The position numbers were made by a program, and so were the translations under genes. From an uncultured Gemmatimonadales bacterium (lineage in GTDB: Bacteria > Gemmatimonadota > Gemmatimonadetes > Gemmatimonadales > GWC2-71-9), in NCBI GenBank assembly GCA_963739455.1, contig CAVUAK010000001.1:1536001-1600000 (forward strand): a DNA stretch of 64,000 bases. Direction: 5' to 3'. Under the pieces are notes generated by a model. It was not told where the DNA came from. It saw nothing but the letters and a program-made list of their open reading frames with translations, and searched no databases. Shown in pieces: positions 1 through 9,724 of this stretch. Every line of letters begins with the position of its first letter. Within the stretch, counting starts at the first letter, position 1.

Positions 1-2
1 GC

Positions 3-830
3 GGTCGTGGGGTCGCCTATCAGGAAGTTTTCGGGCCGCATCCCGCACAGGTGGACGAGAGCATGGCGGGCCTCAGGGCTGCGGTCGCGGCGCTGCGGCC
101 CCTGGAGTCTCCTGGTCGGCTGCGGATCGGTGTCTCGCCCCACGCGCCCTATACGGTGAGCGGTGATCTCTACCGCGAGGTGGGGAAGTGGGCCCGCGCG
201 GAGGGTCTGCCGCTCGCTGTGCACCTCGCCGAGTCTGCGGAGGAGTCGAGCCTGCTGCGCGACGGTACCGGTGGCTTCGCCGAGGCCTGGGCGAAGCGGG
301 ATATACCGATACCTGAACCGATCGGCGTGAGCCCAGTGGCCTTTGTCGATCATCACATGGGACTGGTCGATACCCTCTGCATCCACGCCGTACGTGTTGA
401 CGCATCCGATATCGATCTCCTCTTTCGCCGGGGAGCATCGGTGGCGCATTGTCCGCTCTCGAACCGCGCGCATCGTCATGGCGAAGCTCCGCTCGCCGCG
501 ATGCTGGAGGCAAAGATCCATGTCGGCGTCGGAACCGACTCGGTGCTGAGCGTCGGGCGGCTGGATCTCCTCGCCGAGGCGCGCGCGGCGCGGGCGCTGG
601 CCGGGCTCAGTGCCTTCGACACCATCGGTCTGGTCACCTGGTACGCCGCCGGTGCCATAGGCTTCTGGGACAGGCTTGGAATGCTGGTGGCGGGTGGTGA
701 GGCGGATATCGCAGTGATGAGCATGCCGCACGATACCTCCGAGCCCGAGGAGGAGCTGCTATCGGGCAGGGGCGCTGTGCTCGCTACGTTTGTGGGGGGC
801 AGGGAAGTTTACCGGAGGGGAAACGGATGA
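3..830 (+). CDS. Amidohydrolase family protein (MtaD/TRZ-ATZ deaminase-like), 5' truncated
   Basis: Frame is open from position 3. Motifs SPHAPYTV, VHLAES, IHAV, HCPLSN and GVGTDS match metal-dependent amidohydrolases. Confidence 0.85.
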   Translation, partial: GRGVAYQEVFGPHPAQVDESMAGLRAAVAALRPLESPGRLRIGVSPHAPYTVSGDLYREVGKWARAEGLPLAVHLAESAEESSLLRDGTGGFAEAWAKRDIPIPEPIGVSPVAFVDHHMGLVDTLCIHAVRVDASDIDLLFRRGASVAHCPLSNRAHRHGEAPLAAMLEAKIHVGVGTDSVLSVGRLDLLAEARAARALAGLSAFDTIGLVTWYAAGAIGFWDRLGMLVAGGEADIAVMSMPHDTSEPEEELLSGRGAVLATFVGGREVYRRGNG

Positions 831-1270
831 AGCTCCAGCGACACGCGGCGATTCTGCGACTGGTTCGGGGTCAGCGCATTGCCAGCCAGGACGAACTCAG
901 GCAGGCGCTCAAGGCTGCGGACTTCTCCGTCACTCAGGCGACGCTTTCACGCGACGTACGTGAACTGGGCCTGGCCAAGCTCACCGATGCCCAGGGCTCG
1001 TGGTACGCCCAACCAGGCGAGAGCGGGGTCCGTCCCGATTTTCAGGCGGTGCTTGGTGCGCTGCTCACTGGCGTTGACGGTGTGGGGCCGCTGCTCGTGC
1101 TGCGTACCGCAAACGGCTCGGCGGGTGCGGTGGCGGTCGCCATCGACCAGGCATCATGGGGGGAAATTATTGGTACCGTGGCTGGAGAGGACACCCTGCT
1201 GGTCATTACCCGCAGCGAGAAGGCGCGCGAGCGCGTAGCCGGGCGTCTGCGGGGGATCATCGGCCGCTAG
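827..1270 (+). CDS. argR: Arginine repressor
   Basis: SQDEL, VTQATLSRD and GTVAGEDT motifs; 147 aa; ATGA overlap with the upstream gene. Confidence 0.93.
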   Translation: MKLQRHAAILRLVRGQRIASQDELRQALKAADFSVTQATLSRDVRELGLAKLTDAQGSWYAQPGESGVRPDFQAVLGALLTGVDGVGPLLVLRTANGSAGAVAVAIDQASWGEIIGTVAGEDTLLVITRSEKARERVAGRLRGIIGR

Positions 1271-1285
1271 GGCCCTCGGCGCCCG

Positions 1286-2386
1286 TCAGCCGGTCTCGAG
1301 CGCCGCAACCACCCTTTCTGCTGCTTTCCCATCCCAGCCGGGAATTGCTCCACGGTCATGGTCTCCGCGTCCGCTCTTCATCGCGTCGTCGAACGCCTGG
1401 AAGATGCCATGCGGAGTCAGGGGCCAGGGGGCCAGTCGGTTGGTACCCTGTGTAATTGTCACCGGGCGTTCAGTCTGCTCCCGCAACGTCACGCACGGCA
1501 CACCGAGGCTTGTCGTTTCCTCCTGGAGCCCGCCTGAGTCCGTGAGTACCACGGCGCTCTGCGCTGTCAACGAAAGCATGTCGCGATAACCAAGAGGCTC
1601 GGTGACCCGAAGGGTATTGAGCAGGTGGTCGATCCCGAACTGCTCCGCATTGCGTCGCGTGCGGGGGTGCAGCGGCAGCACAACGGGCATGCGCGACGCG
1701 ACCAGCGCCATACCCTGTAGCACCGGGGTAAGCGTCGCTGGATCATCCACGTTGGAAGGTCGGTGAAGGGTGCAGACGGCGTACCCCGCCGCCTCGAGCC
1801 CCATTTGTCCCGGTACGTTCGCAGCGAGCGCGGCGGGCAACTGCTGTCGCAGTGTGTCGATCATCACGTTGCCGACGAACACGATGCGCTGCGGCGGTAT
1901 CCCTTCGCCAACCAGGTTGTCGAATGCATCGTGAGACGGGAGGAGCAGGAGGTCCGAGATGCGATCGGTGACCAGCCGGTTGATCTCCTCCGGCATTGAC
2001 CAGTCGCCGCTCCGAAGCCCGGCCTCGACGTGCGCCAGCCTCGATCCGAGTTTGGGGCGAAGCTTGGCCGTGACCAGCCCGCACGCCATGGTCGAATTCA
2101 CGTCACCAACCACGACCACCCAGTCGGGCTGACAGCTTTCGAGAACCGGTTCGAAAGCGAGCATCACCTTGGCCGTCTGGTCCGCATGCGTTCCGGAGCC
2201 GACTCCGAGGTGAAAATCCGGCTCGGGTATCTGGAGGTCGCGAAAGAAAGCGTCGGACATCTGCGCATCGTAGTGCTGGCCGGTGTGTACTAAGACACCA
2301 GTGTGCCCAGCCGCGGAGAGCGCACGGAGGATGGGTGCCACTTTCATGAAGTTGGGGCGTGCCCCAGCTACGACGAGCACCTTCAC
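1286..2386 (-). CDS. wecB: UDP-N-acetylglucosamine 2-epimerase (non-hydrolysing)
   Basis: GARPNFMK, HTGQHYD, HVEAGLRS, MPEEINR, TDSGGLQEE. Start moved to the GTG at 2386, which follows a GGAGG RBS. Confidence 0.93.
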   Translation of the reverse strand: MKVLVVAGARPNFMKVAPILRALSAAGHTGVLVHTGQHYDAQMSDAFFRDLQIPEPDFHLGVGSGTHADQTAKVMLAFEPVLESCQPDWVVVVGDVNSTMACGLVTAKLRPKLGSRLAHVEAGLRSGDWSMPEEINRLVTDRISDLLLLPSHDAFDNLVGEGIPPQRIVFVGNVMIDTLRQQLPAALAANVPGQMGLEAAGYAVCTLHRPSNVDDPATLTPVLQGMALVASRMPVVLPLHPRTRRNAEQFGIDHLLNTLRVTEPLGYRDMLSLTAQSAVVLTDSGGLQEETTSLGVPCVTLREQTERPVTITQGTNRLAPWPLTPHGIFQAFDDAMKSGRGDHDRGAIPGWDGKAAERVVAALETG

Positions 2387-2501
2387 GAAAACTCCTCCCT
2401 TGCTTGCGTGGCCGGCACCGTTTCGCCTCGACTGTTCCGCTCCCATGGCGGCAAGCCCGCGGGCAGATGCATGTTATGTGCTCCTTGGAAGGGTCCGCCG
2501 G

Positions 2502-3875
2502 ATGTCCAAGCCTTCACTGCGCGTTGCAGTCGTCGCATACCATTTTCCTCCTAGTCCCTCGGTCGGCGCACAGCGACCGGGGCGCTGGGTCGCGGAACTG
2601 CGGTCGCGCGGACATGAGGTCGAGGTCGTCACCGCTGGTCCCCCGGGCGCCACAGCTGATGGGAGCCGTCCTGGGGCGGAACCATGGATTCATGACGTGC
2701 CCGTGCGCTGGGACCCCAGGCGTATGTGGGCGAAGCTCAAGCGGACGTTGCGCGGGAAGCAGGCAGTCGCTTCCCGGCCGGTGCCATCCGCTGGGTATGG
2801 CAATGATGCTGCGCCGAGGAAGATGCCCTTCCTCAGGCGCCAGGTGGATGCCTGGTTCTGGCTTCCAGACGACCGTCAGGGATTCATCGTGCCGGCCGCG
2901 CGCAAGGTGATCGCATTGCATCGGGCAAGTCCCTTCGATGCGATCTACGCCTCTGGCCCCCCCTTCTCGGCACACGTCGCGGGGTTCATCGCCTCGAGCG
3001 TAACCGGTGTACCCCTCTGGGTTGAATACCGCGATCCGTGGCTGGAAGGCAAGGAGCAGCACACCGAATCGTGCAGCGCCCCCGCCACACAGGTTGAACG
3101 CATGCTGGAGAAACGGATCCTCGCACGCGCTCACGGCGCGGTAGTCGCGACGCCCGCCATTGCCACGATGCTGTACCCCAAGATCACGGCTACGCAGCAT
3201 ACCAAGGTCACCGTTACCTACAACGGCATTCCCTCGCTGTGCCCTCTCGAGGCTCAGCCGCGCATACGGCCGCAATCCAGGCTGACCTTCCTGTATGCCG
3301 GAACCCTGTACCTTGGGCGCGATCCGCGCGCACTCCTGGGTGGCTTGGCCTCGTTGCGTCGTGCGGGCCGCATCGACGCAGAATCCGTTCGCCTGCTCCT
3401 CGTGGGGCACTGCCGGCACTTTCGCGGTGCCTCGGTTCGGGCAATGGCCGACGAACTGAACCTGGAGGGCATCGTCGACTTGCAAGATCCGGTGAGTGTC
3501 GCGGCCGCCGGCGAACTCATGTACGGCGCCGACGTGCTCGTCCTGCTGGCCCAGGACCAGCCCGCTCAGATACCTCAGAAGCTGTTCGACTACCTCGGAA
3601 CTCGAAAGCCCATCCTCGCCTTCGCAGACCAGGGCGGTGAGGTCGATCGACTGCTGAAGGAGGTGGGCGGGCACGTTGTGGTTACCGGCGGCGCGAGCAA
3701 TGACGAAGTGGCAGAAGCCATCGCCAAGGTCGTCGACCTGGCGGCGCAAGGGGTGCAGCGAGGGTCCCCTGAAGTTCTTGAAGGGCTCACGTCGGAGCGT
3801 CAGCTGGGAGCCCTAGCGAACCACTTCATCAATGCGATGGACTCGGCGAAGAAGGCTACGAATGGGTCTGTCTGA
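2502..3875 (+). CDS. Glycosyltransferase family 4
   Basis: AYHFPP, SGPPFS, EYRDPW, YAGTLY, PQKLFDYL. Start placed at MSKPSLRVAVV (ORF track starts at 2283). Confidence 0.85.
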   Translation: MSKPSLRVAVVAYHFPPSPSVGAQRPGRWVAELRSRGHEVEVVTAGPPGATADGSRPGAEPWIHDVPVRWDPRRMWAKLKRTLRGKQAVASRPVPSAGYGNDAAPRKMPFLRRQVDAWFWLPDDRQGFIVPAARKVIALHRASPFDAIYASGPPFSAHVAGFIASSVTGVPLWVEYRDPWLEGKEQHTESCSAPATQVERMLEKRILARAHGAVVATPAIATMLYPKITATQHTKVTVTYNGIPSLCPLEAQPRIRPQSRLTFLYAGTLYLGRDPRALLGGLASLRRAGRIDAESVRLLLVGHCRHFRGASVRAMADELNLEGIVDLQDPVSVAAAGELMYGADVLVLLAQDQPAQIPQKLFDYLGTRKPILAFADQGGEVDRLLKEVGGHVVVTGGASNDEVAEAIAKVVDLAAQGVQRGSPEVLEGLTSERQLGALANHFINAMDSAKKATNGSV

Positions 3876-4596
3876 AATTACGGAGCAGGAGGCCCTCCGT
3901 ATTGATAGCCTGGAGGCCATGCTGCCGGCTGGAATTGCCGATCTGCTGGAAATTGGCAGCCGAGACGGTCGTGTTACCCGGATGCTCGTGAAGCACAGCA
4001 AGTCCATAACTGCGCTCGACCTCGAGCTCCCGAACCTCACGCTCCCGAGCGTGACATGCGTACAGGGGAACGTTACCGCACTCCAGTTTGCCGATCGGTC
4101 CTTCGATTGTGTCGTATGCACTGAGGTCCTGGAGCATGTCGTGGAGCTCGATCGAGCATGTTCAGAACTGGCCAGGGTCACGAGAAAGTGGCTCCTGGTT
4201 GGAGTGCCATTTGACCAGGACCTGCGGCTCGGCCGGATGACCTGCGCTGGGTGCGGTCGCGTAAATCCACCCTTTGGACACGTCAATCGGTTCAGTGAGG
4301 GGCGCCTCGAAGCCTGCTTCCCATCACTGAAGTTGGTGCAGGTCGCGAGGCTCGGCAGCACCAGTGGAGGAACAAACGGCATATCCGCCTGGCTTCTCGA
4401 TCGGAGCAGGAATCCCTGGGGAACCTACGGCCAGCAGGAACCCTGCATGCACTGTGGCGCCACGCTGACGCCGCCGAAGGCACGGTCGTTGCCTGAGCGT
4501 GTCATGTCGAAAGTCGCGGTGAGCATTAACAAGGTTCAGAAGCGGCTGGCGCACCCCAGGGCAATCTGGATTCATTGCCTGTTCTCCAGGGTGTGA
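3862..4596 (+). CDS. Class I SAM-dependent methyltransferase with two CxxC motifs
   Basis: LLEIGSRDG and FADRSFDCVVCTEVLEHV; CAGC and CMHC motifs. Confidence 0.8.
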   Translation: MGLSEITEQEALRIDSLEAMLPAGIADLLEIGSRDGRVTRMLVKHSKSITALDLELPNLTLPSVTCVQGNVTALQFADRSFDCVVCTEVLEHVVELDRACSELARVTRKWLLVGVPFDQDLRLGRMTCAGCGRVNPPFGHVNRFSEGRLEACFPSLKLVQVARLGSTSGGTNGISAWLLDRSRNPWGTYGQQEPCMHCGATLTPPKARSLPERVMSKVAVSINKVQKRLAHPRAIWIHCLFSRV

Positions 4597-4628
4597 GTGC
4601 TCGACTGTCGCCGACCCCTCGCGCGAGG

Positions 4629-5297
4629 TCACTCGTCCACAGGAAACTCAACCACGGCAAACGGCTTCGTGCTGCCAGTCATCTGGTGCGTCACGCGATG
4701 CTCCGCGGTCCATCGCATCAGCAGTTCCTGTTCCCCATCCCGTGCCGCATCGTCCAGCAGGATTACGCAGTCAGCCGCCAGTGAAGGCCGCAGCTCCGGC
4801 AGCAGCCCGTAGCGACCGCCCATGGTGGCCCCCGGCGGCCCGTCGCACAGCACGAGCGAGAAGTCTGAGGGGAAAGTGCCCGGCGCGTCGTACCAGGCGT
4901 ACCCATTGTGCACGATCAGCGGCGCCGAGATCACCCTGACCCGGCGCAACTGCAGGTAGTCGACCACCGCCACCACGCGTGCGTGCCACGCCTCATCGTG
5001 CTCGAGGCTGTACACGTCGTAACCCTGCCGCTCCGCGGCAACGCCGAGCAGCAGGGTCGAGAGGCCCGAGCCACATTCAAGCACGGGACCGCGCGTGTGC
5101 CAGGCCCGGTGCCAGAGTTCGGTGATCAACTCCTCACGCAGTGAGCAGTCGCTTCCCCAGCCGTACAGCAGGCTGTTGACCGCCTGGTCGCTTAGCGGCA
5201 CGTACTCGTCGTGCCTCCGGATATGCCGTATGGTCCGGCGCAGCACCACCTGCCGGTGCATTGCCCGCAGGCGGTGCCGTGTCTCCGCCGGTATCAA
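4629..5297 (-). CDS. Class I SAM-dependent methyltransferase (Methyltransf_24-like)
   Basis: VLECGSGLST, SLEHD, LVLCDGPPG, ILLDDAAR. Start uncertain, possibly 5318. Confidence 0.75.
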   Translation of the reverse strand: MIPAETRHRLRAMHRQVVLRRTIRHIRRHDEYVPLSDQAVNSLLYGWGSDCSLREELITELWHRAWHTRGPVLECGSGLSTLLLGVAAERQGYDVYSLEHDEAWHARVVAVVDYLQLRRVRVISAPLIVHNGYAWYDAPGTFPSDFSLVLCDGPPGATMGGRYGLLPELRPSLAADCVILLDDAARDGEQELLMRWTAEHRVTHQMTGSTKPFAVVEFPVDE

Positions 5298-5447
5298 CTG
5301 CCGAAGCTGGTCCAGGATGGTCGGGGTCCTCCCTCTCTTGCCGATACCCCAGCGGCCTCATTAGCATCCATGAGTGCTGTGTTGGCATGTAACGTTTTTG
5401 ACACAAACACCTTAGCGCGTGAAGTCGCTCCCATCAGGGAGGTGTAC

Positions 5448-5996
5448 GTGCGCTGTCTCGCCCTCAATGCGTCGTTCGAACCGCTGACCATGGTACCCAT
5501 GCGTCGGGCGCTTCGGCTCGTCATCGAGGGCAAGGCGGAGATCGTTGAAGCGGATGGACTCGACCTTGTTCGAAGTGCCAGGCTGGCGTTGCCCAAACCT
5601 GTCATCATCCGCCTCGTCAAGTTCATCCACGTTCCCCGCCGCTTCCGCCGCCAAGTCACGAATACTTTCCTTTTCGCTCGCGACAGTTACCGCTGCCAAT
5701 ATTGCCATCGCGGTCACATCGAGCTGAAGCCGCGAGAGTGCCTCACGCGCGACCACCTGATCCCGATTTCCCGTGGTGGTGGGAACGAGTGGACTAACGT
5801 GGTTACGGCGTGCAGTTCGTGTAATACCCGGAAGGGCAACCACCTTCCGCATGAAATCGGCATGTTCCCGCTGACGCAGCCGCATGAACCTCACTTCGTG
5901 CATCTGTCATGGGCAGTGCGTCGCCTGACGCCGATTCAGGCCAAGTACATCCGGCTCTTCTACGGTGAAGAGGCCTTGAGGGCGCTGGGCGGGTAA
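5448..5996 (+). CDS. HNH endonuclease (McrA-like, small stand-alone)
   Basis: LALNASFEPL N-terminus, RDSYRCQYC, DHLIPISRGG, NVVTACSSCNTRKG. GTG start follows GGAGG. Confidence 0.88.
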   Translation: MRCLALNASFEPLTMVPMRRALRLVIEGKAEIVEADGLDLVRSARLALPKPVIIRLVKFIHVPRRFRRQVTNTFLFARDSYRCQYCHRGHIELKPRECLTRDHLIPISRGGGNEWTNVVTACSSCNTRKGNHLPHEIGMFPLTQPHEPHFVHLSWAVRRLTPIQAKYIRLFYGEEALRALGG

Positions 5997-6027
5997 GTCT
6001 GTCGGGATTGCGGATAAGAGGCATTCT

Positions 6028-6052
6028 GGCCGCGCCATGCGCGGCCTTTTTT
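6028..6052 (+). terminator. Intrinsic terminator after the HNH gene
   Basis: GGCCGCGC-cat-GCGCGGCC hairpin followed by TTTTTT. Confidence 0.8.
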
Positions 6053-6151
6053 GTGTCCAGCTCACAGGCGCCCAGTGACCCGAACCGTAGGTCGATCATG
6101 GACGTTCCGTGCGAAAGCCATCTGAACTGTCGATTTTTCAATAGTGCGTAG

Positions 6152-6167
6152 TGTGATACCGCTCACA
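6152..6167. promoter_or_regulatory. TGTGA-N6-TCACA palindrome (CRP/FNR-family or TGT-N10-ACA activator-type site)
   Basis: TGTGA-taccgc-TCACA in the AT-rich region upstream of lipoprotein 1. Confidence 0.6.
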
Positions 6168-6352
6168 AAAATGTGTATAAATTGTTGAAATCAAAGCTGT
6201 TACACGAGTTTCAGTAGCGCGATATAACCCGTGCGTTTTATTGTCGCCCGTCGCGCAAGATTTCACGCGACCGACATTACGCGCCCGGGTTTCTCTGTTC
6301 TGCAGGTTGGTCGGGCCCTCCGTTTACGAAGTCCCAGAGGAAGCAAACTCCT

Positions 6353-9300
6353 GTGTCGACACTTCGAATTTGCCGCTTTAACGCGGCTGCGATTCTCATT
6401 ATGGGTGCCCTCGCCGGCGCCTGCTCCGATACGCCTAGCAGCCCAAGCGGTGACGGCCTCAACCCACCACCAGCGGCTTCGCAGTTCGACATGCTCAATC
6501 TGAGTCCCATGGCCGCCTCCTCGGAGGCAGGAGCTCCGATGGCGCTCCTGATTGCGCCGACAACCTTTTGGGGTGCGGGCATTGGTTCCACGGTGACATG
6601 GAGCGTTCAGTCTGTTGATGGCGCATCCTCCGCCACGCTGCGCGAGGCACAGGACACCGGCACGGTCATGGTTGCGACAACTCCCGGGATGTACCTGCTC
6701 AAGGCGTCGAGCGAAGGTCTCGAGGGCTACAGCTTGATTGAGGTCGTCGAACGCGCGGCGGGCGCCGCGCTCCCAGCGGCGGTTGACAACGATGTGGCGG
6801 CGGCGAAGCTGACTACCCTGCGCATTCAGCCGCGTACTGCTAGCGTTGCTCCGGGCGGCACGATTCAGTTCATGACCAGCTACTCATGGAGTGAACCGTC
6901 CGGCCTGCCGACACTGACCTGGTCGGCATCGGGAGGCACCGCAACAGGAACCTGGGTGCCGGCGGGTGACTGGTATGCTCCTGGTGGGCGCTATGTGGCG
7001 CCATCGACCCCAGGGACCTACCGGGTCGTCGTCAGCTATGGATACGTTGCCGATACGGCGTTGGTCACCGTGGGTGCGGCCTCCGTGAGCTCCGCGGCCT
7101 CGGGGAGCAGCGCGCGACGCTTGATCTCCATTTCGACGACGCCGAGTGCGGTAACGCTGGCGCCTAACGCCACTGTGCTCATTCGTGCGGACTACAAATG
7201 GAATGTCTCGGCCGGGCCCCCGACCCTGAGCTGGACCGCAAGTGGCGGCACAGTGTCGCGCACTTGGGTCCCTGCGAATGGCTGGTATGCGCCGGCTGGC
7301 TTTTACACTGCCCCGGCGCAGCCCGGTAGCTACAGAGTGATCGCGAGCTACTCCAACATCGCGGACACCACCATCGTCACCGTCACTGGCACGCCAGTGC
7401 CAGCCCCGCCGCCGCCGGCTCCTAAGCCGACGCTCACTTTCTCGGCGGTGGTGCTGACCCCGGCGTCCGTGTCGCTGGCGCGTGGCGCGACGCAGCAGTT
7501 CAGTGCCATCGGGCGGATGAGCGACGGGAGCACCTCGAGCGTGGCGGTGACCTGGTCGGCTACAGGGGGGACGGTGTCGGGGACGGGCCTCTATACGGCG
7601 GGGGCGACCGCGGGGACGTACCGGGTGATCGCGGTGCGGCAGGGCGATACGAAGGCGGATACGTCGGCGGTGACGATCACGGTGGCGGCGACGCCGACGT
7701 TGAGCGCGGTGGAAGTGACGCCGGGGAGCGCGTCGGTGGGGACGGGCGGCACACAGCAGTTCAGCGCGCTCGGGCGGATGAGCGACAACAGCACCAGCGC
7801 GGTGACGGTGACGTGGAGTGCGACGGGGGGCACGATCAGCACCGGGGGCCTGTATACCGCGGGCAGCACCGCCGGCGCGTACCGGGTCATCGCGGTGCAG
7901 CAGGGGGGCACGCGGGCGGACACGGCCGCGGTGACGGTGACCGCGCCGGTGACGGGCGGGTTCACGGTGACGATGCCGGAGGGGCCGCGCGTGGTGTTGA
8001 ACACGGCGTATACGGCGCCGACGGGGAGCTCGATCGCTGTGGCGGCGGGGGGCAACCTGCAGGCAGCGTTGAACGGGGCGAGCTGTGGCGATGAGGTGGT
8101 ACTGGCGGCGGGGGCGACGTTCACGGGCAACTTCGTGTTGCCGGCGAAGGGGTGTGGCGCGAGCAACCGGATCCACGTGCGCTCGGCGGGGACGTTGCCG
8201 GCGGAGGGGCAGCGGATGACGCCGGCGCAGGCGGGGAGCCTGGCGAAGCTGGTGTCAGCGAACAGCACCCCGGCGCTCCAGACCGCCTCGGCGGCGAGTG
8301 GGTATCGCGTGATGGGGGTGGAGATCACGGTGAGCGCGGGGGCGGGGACGAACTACGGCATCGTCGCGCTGGGGAACGGCGAGACGACGTTGAGTCAGGT
8401 ACCGACGGATCTGATCCTGGATCGGGTCTACATCCACGGGAACCCGTCGCAGAACGTGCGGCGCGGCGTCGCGCTGAACAGCCGGTCCACCGCAATCATC
8501 GATAGTTATATCAGCGAGATCCATGAGTCGGGGGCCGACAACCAGGCGATCTGCGGCTGGACGGGCCCGGGCCCCTTCAAGATCGAGAACAACTATCTGG
8601 CCGCCGCGGGCCAGAACATCATGTTCGGCGGGTCGGACCCGTCGATCGCGAACCTCTCGCCCTCGGACATCGAGATCCGGCACAATCACCTGTTCAAGCC
8701 GTTGGCGTGGCAGTCGCAGGGCTGGATCGTCAAGAATATCGTGGAGTTCAAGCACGCACAGCGGGTGGTGGTCGAGGGGAACGTGCTGGAGAACCACTGG
8801 GTGGGCGCGCAGGCCGGCTTCGCGGTGGTGATGTTCTCGGTCAACCAGGGCCAGACGGCACCGTGGACGGTGGTGCAGGATATCCTGTGGCGGAACAACG
8901 TGCTGAAGAACATCCCCGCGGGCTTCAACCTCGCGGAGACGAACAGTCACGACAACCAGATCGGACAGTCGGCGCGGCGCATCGCGCTGGTGAACAACCT
9001 GCTCGAGCGTGTGGGCGAGAGCGCGGTCGGGGGCGTGGGCCGCATGGTGCAGGTGCTGGGCGACATCAACGGGGTGGCGGATGTGACGGTCGAGCACAAC
9101 ACGATGGTGTTCTCGACGGCGGGGGGCGCCACGCGCAACTCGTTCCTCATGTTCAGCGGGCCCAAGGCGCCGCGCCTGACCTTCCGCAATAACATCGCGG
9201 AGATGGGCAGCTACGGCATCATCCGCGTGGATGACGTGGGCGGCAGCGGGACGGCGGGCCTCAACAACTCCGCGACGCCGTGGCAAGTCCTGGGCAACGT

Positions 9301-9508
9301 GTTCGCCGGGAGCACGAGTGGGAACGCGTACCCCAGCGGGAATCCCGTGGCGGCGAGCACCAGTGTGGTCGGCTTCAGCAACGCCAGTGGCAGCGACTAC
9401 AGCCTGAGCGCCAGTTCCAGCTATCGCGGGCAGGCCACCGATGGCACCGACCCCGGCTACAATCGCGCCGCCCTCCTCACCGCCACCCAAGGGGTCGTCC
9501 TCCCCTGA
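6353..9508 (+). CDS. Surface lipoprotein 1: about 5 Ig-like (BIG2-like) repeats plus C-terminal right-handed beta-helix-like domain
   Basis: Signal peptide ending ALAGA-C; repeats with WSATGG...YTAG...YRVIA...ADT; Asn-ladder-rich tip (IENNYL, IRHNHL, VEGNVLEN, VEHNTM). Confidence 0.8.
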   Translation: MSTLRICRFNAAAILIMGALAGACSDTPSSPSGDGLNPPPAASQFDMLNLSPMAASSEAGAPMALLIAPTTFWGAGIGSTVTWSVQSVDGASSATLREAQDTGTVMVATTPGMYLLKASSEGLEGYSLIEVVERAAGAALPAAVDNDVAAAKLTTLRIQPRTASVAPGGTIQFMTSYSWSEPSGLPTLTWSASGGTATGTWVPAGDWYAPGGRYVAPSTPGTYRVVVSYGYVADTALVTVGAASVSSAASGSSARRLISISTTPSAVTLAPNATVLIRADYKWNVSAGPPTLSWTASGGTVSRTWVPANGWYAPAGFYTAPAQPGSYRVIASYSNIADTTIVTVTGTPVPAPPPPAPKPTLTFSAVVLTPASVSLARGATQQFSAIGRMSDGSTSSVAVTWSATGGTVSGTGLYTAGATAGTYRVIAVRQGDTKADTSAVTITVAATPTLSAVEVTPGSASVGTGGTQQFSALGRMSDNSTSAVTVTWSATGGTISTGGLYTAGSTAGAYRVIAVQQGGTRADTAAVTVTAPVTGGFTVTMPEGPRVVLNTAYTAPTGSSIAVAAGGNLQAALNGASCGDEVVLAAGATFTGNFVLPAKGCGASNRIHVRSAGTLPAEGQRMTPAQAGSLAKLVSANSTPALQTASAASGYRVMGVEITVSAGAGTNYGIVALGNGETTLSQVPTDLILDRVYIHGNPSQNVRRGVALNSRSTAIIDSYISEIHESGADNQAICGWTGPGPFKIENNYLAAAGQNIMFGGSDPSIANLSPSDIEIRHNHLFKPLAWQSQGWIVKNIVEFKHAQRVVVEGNVLENHWVGAQAGFAVVMFSVNQGQTAPWTVVQDILWRNNVLKNIPAGFNLAETNSHDNQIGQSARRIALVNNLLERVGESAVGGVGRMVQVLGDINGVADVTVEHNTMVFSTAGGATRNSFLMFSGPKAPRLTFRNNIAEMGSYGIIRVDDVGGSGTAGLNNSATPWQVLGNVFAGSTSGNAYPSGNPVAASTSVVGFSNASGSDYSLSASSSYRGQATDGTDPGYNRAALLTATQGVVLP

Positions 9509-9567
9509 ACTCCCCGAACGGCGAACGCATGATCCCGGACCCCGCCACCCACATGGGTGCCGGGGTC
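7484..9567 (+). repeat. Direct repeat copy 1 (2084 bp), apparently identical to 12012-14095; 7915-9508 also matches 14627-16220
   Basis: Constant offsets of 4528 and 6712 bp. Translations of overlapping ORFs in several frames are identical between copies. Confidence 0.93.
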
Positions 9568-9568
9568 C
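9537..9568 (+). terminator. Stem-loop after lipoprotein 1 (no U-tract in this copy)
   Basis: GGACCCCG-c-CACCC-acat-GGGTG-c-CGGGGTCC. Confidence 0.5.
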
Positions 9569-9724
9569 GTAGGCTTCTGGACAGGTGGCCAATTGAACTT
9601 CCATGAGGAACCAAGCGGCAGTGTCACTTCACTGTAGCAAAGAAATGACACTAAAAGCATCCGTGAATTTGGGGAGTTGGCAGCCAGTCAAGATGCTACC
9701 GTGCAATAACTTTCGCAAAAATTG

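Noticed and set aside
2514..3749. 411-aa minus-strand ORF
   Set aside because: Antisense shadow of the GT4 gene.
5361..5380. CIRCE-like element TTAGCAtccatGAGTGCTgt
   Set aside because: The spacer is far shorter than the required 9 nt and both arms are imperfect.
5448..5996. HNH as an IscB/Cas9-like or mobile-element nuclease
   Set aside because: Only about 182 aa, with no RuvC motifs, transposon ends, array or evident structured RNA nearby.
6171..6192. ARG box near argR
   Set aside because: Poor match to the TGAAT-N4-ATTCA consensus, not tandem, and no arginine biosynthesis genes nearby.
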